Below, in pieces: positions 52,685 to 54,593 of a DNA stretch of 54,593 nt. The DNA lies in the IMG/VR virus record IMGVR_UViG_3300025769_000151, positions 1-54,593 of that record. One strand, written 5' to 3'. Every line of letters starts with the position of its first letter. The stretch's first letter is position 1. This DNA is from a virus (lineage: Duplodnaviria; Caudoviricetes). Both the position numbers and the translations under genes were made by a program. The notes under the pieces are model-generated. The model was not told where the DNA came from. It did no database searches and was given only the letters and a program-made list of their open reading frames with translations.

Positions 52685-53839
52685 ATGGCTAAGCACGAAT
52701 TAGAAGTAGCAGCTGAAGCTCAGGGTATCAAAATCAGTGACTCCCCTAACTTCTTGAACGAACCTCAGGACGCTCCAGCACCCTCGCCGGAGCCACAACC
52801 CTCGGAACCACAAGCACAACCTGTAGCGGAAGAAGCTCCCGAGCCTGTGCAGGAAGCTCCTGAGCCTGCTCCCCAACCGGAGCCGGAACCTCAAGAAGTA
52901 GTCTTCAGACAAGAATACACGGAGCCACAAGCTCCACCCCAACCTGTGCAGCAGCAGGCAATCGACGAAGATGCCATTGCACTTCAGAAGCTCAGCGAAA
53001 GGCTGAACATGAAGTTCGATGACTTCGACGCCGTGACCCAGCAGTTTAACAGGAAGCCCGACATCGACCCAGCTGTCGCAGCTATCAACGAGTTCGTCAC
53101 GGAGACGGGTCGTTCTATTGACGACTGGTACAAGTATCAGTCCTTGGACACTTCCGAAATGGATGATGCTAAGGCTGTTCGTATGCAGTTGCAGATGGAC
53201 CACCCAAAGCTTTCCGCGCAAGAGATTGACACGCTTATGAACAATAAGTACAAGCTCGACGTGGACAGGTACACCGATGAGGAAATCGCAACATCAGCTG
53301 TGGAGTTGAAGGTGGCGGCGGATAAGGCTCGTCAGCACATCGAGGAAGTTCGTGAAGCGTTCGCAGCGCCGGACCCGAATCGCACTGCCGAAGATGAGTT
53401 TATGAGTCCTATCGACGACCAGTGGGTCGCAAACATGTCCAGAGAGGTTGACAACTTGGACGGCATTTCATTTGATTTGCCTACGGGTAAGACATTTACC
53501 TACGGCCTAGCCGACCAGTACAAGTCAACTTTGAAGGAGAAGAATGCGAACCTCGAGTCATTTTTTGATTCCTACGTCTCTGATGACGGCAAGTGGGACT
53601 ACGACCTCTTGAACTCTCACAGAGCTGTGATGGACAACATCGACGGCATTGTCAACGCTGTGTACCGACAAGGTATGAGCGACGGGCAGCGTCGTGTGGT
53701 TCACCAAGCGTCTAACGTTGCACCTGTTACTCCACAACAGCAGCAGGTTGACACAAGCGCAGAAGCTCAGAGAAACAAGATTATCGACCAGCTCGCTGCA
53801 GCCATCGGAGGAGACAAGGGGATGACATTCAAGTTTTAA
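52685..53839 (+). CDS. Capsid scaffold-like protein
   Basis: Acidic P/E/Q-rich N-terminus, FVTETGRSIDDW.KYQSLD core; directly upstream of the MCP. Confidence 0.65.
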   Translation: MAKHELEVAAEAQGIKISDSPNFLNEPQDAPAPSPEPQPSEPQAQPVAEEAPEPVQEAPEPAPQPEPEPQEVVFRQEYTEPQAPPQPVQQQAIDEDAIALQKLSERLNMKFDDFDAVTQQFNRKPDIDPAVAAINEFVTETGRSIDDWYKYQSLDTSEMDDAKAVRMQLQMDHPKLSAQEIDTLMNNKYKLDVDRYTDEEIATSAVELKVAADKARQHIEEVREAFAAPDPNRTAEDEFMSPIDDQWVANMSREVDNLDGISFDLPTGKTFTYGLADQYKSTLKEKNANLESFFDSYVSDDGKWDYDLLNSHRAVMDNIDGIVNAVYRQGMSDGQRRVVHQASNVAPVTPQQQQVDTSAEAQRNKIIDQLAAAIGGDKGMTFKF

Positions 53840-53860
53840 CGCTTTCTAAAAAGAACAATT

Positions 53861-54593
53861 ATGAGCAACATCGTTTCTCCTAATGTTCATGGTTCACTCG
53901 GCGGTTCTGTCGGAGGTGCCTATTCACAGGTTGGATTGGCAACGCCTGAGAAGTACGCTTCTCTGGGTGATTTCATGAGCACTATTAACGCCCTTGACGT
54001 TCGTCCAGAACTCATCAAAACTTACGGTAATCAGGGCATTACCGGATTCTTGCGTATGACCGGAGCCGTCAAGGCTGCTGGCTCTGCCGAAAAAATCACT
54101 TACTACGAGGAGGCTCGTCTGCACCAGAAGGTCCGCGCTGCGGTTACTACTGGCTACGATTCAGGCGACTCTAACGTGTCAGAGATGACGTTCACTGCTG
54201 AGTCATTGGCTGACGCCATTGCTGATGGTGTGGACATCAAGCCAAACACCCCAATGAAGGGTGACATCCTCTTGATTAACGGTGTCGACCGTGCGGTCGT
54301 GACCGAAGAGGGTGCTGCAAACTCTACTGACACCTTCAAGGCTAAGTTGATGCGCGACGCAGCTTCTACTTTGGCTGACGGTGATACCGTTGAGATGCCA
54401 GTGATTGGTAACATCTTTGCTGAAGGCTCAGAGCAGCCCGGCAGATTTGTTGAGTCTAACGTGGTTCGCTACCAGAAGCCATACGCTATCATCAAGGGTA
54501 ACTACGAGGTGACTGGTTCACAGGCCACCAACATTGGTTACATTGACGTAGGCGGCGGCGACTACCGCTGGTACATCAAGGGCGAAATGGATG
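53861..54593 (+). CDS. Major capsid protein (3'-truncated; absent from ORF track)
   Basis: MSNIVSP...ELIKTYGNQGITGFLRMTGA...ITYYEEARLH...IGNIFAEGSEQP...IIKGNYEVTGSQ..NIGY; open to the window end. Confidence 0.85.
   Translation, partial: MSNIVSPNVHGSLGGSVGGAYSQVGLATPEKYASLGDFMSTINALDVRPELIKTYGNQGITGFLRMTGAVKAAGSAEKITYYEEARLHQKVRAAVTTGYDSGDSNVSEMTFTAESLADAIADGVDIKPNTPMKGDILLINGVDRAVVTEEGAANSTDTFKAKLMRDAASTLADGDTVEMPVIGNIFAEGSEQPGRFVESNVVRYQKPYAIIKGNYEVTGSQATNIGYIDVGGGDYRWYIKGEMD

Noticed and set aside
52760-52960. Imperfect GAGCC/CAACC repeats
   Set aside because: Explained by the P/E/Q-rich disordered N-terminus of the scaffold protein.
1-54593. CRISPR array, diversity-generating retroelement, integrase, IS element or intron
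   Set aside because: No regularly spaced direct repeats, reverse transcriptase, recombinase, transposase or split genes were seen.

Overview
The whole window is phage DNA: a podovirus-type dsDNA phage, most likely infecting a Bacteroidota host (TAnnTTTG promoters, no Shine-Dalgarno leaders). Its structural module resembles crAss-like/Flavobacteriaceae phages, but I see no virion RNA polymerase. It looks like most of a circularly permuted genome: it opens inside a tail gene and ends inside the major capsid gene. Layout: (1) 1-22.5 kb, + strand: tail tubular and stabilisation proteins, putative ejection/cargo proteins, a 3708-aa polyvalent protein (metallopeptidase, two ADP-ribosyltransferase-like, two GNAT-like, HhH-glycosylase-like and LPD38-like regions) and small membrane/lysis genes. 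(2) 22.5-28.3 kb, - strand: replication/recombination genes (nucleases, primase-helicase, exonuclease, ERF). (3) 28.4-35.3 kb, - strand: many small early genes with structured intergenic RNAs. (4) 35.3-36.5 kb: non-coding switch region with a boxA-like site and tRNA-Arg(UCU). (5) 36.5-54.6 kb, + strand: small basic proteins, a DUF5675-like protein, a 1451-aa hyper-acidic EF-hand/dockerin-like protein, GroES-like protein, terminase, portal, scaffold and capsid. The most unusual signals are a shared [FYM]xxGG peptide tag in many unrelated late proteins, K-A/S-Q linkers between the polyvalent-protein domains, a dual-coded A10 slippery site, two D-armless tRNA mimics plus a pseudoknot in the early transcript, and a stand-alone peptide resembling the ribonucleotide reductase C-terminal redox tail. 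All family assignments are from motif recognition by eye; no searches were run.
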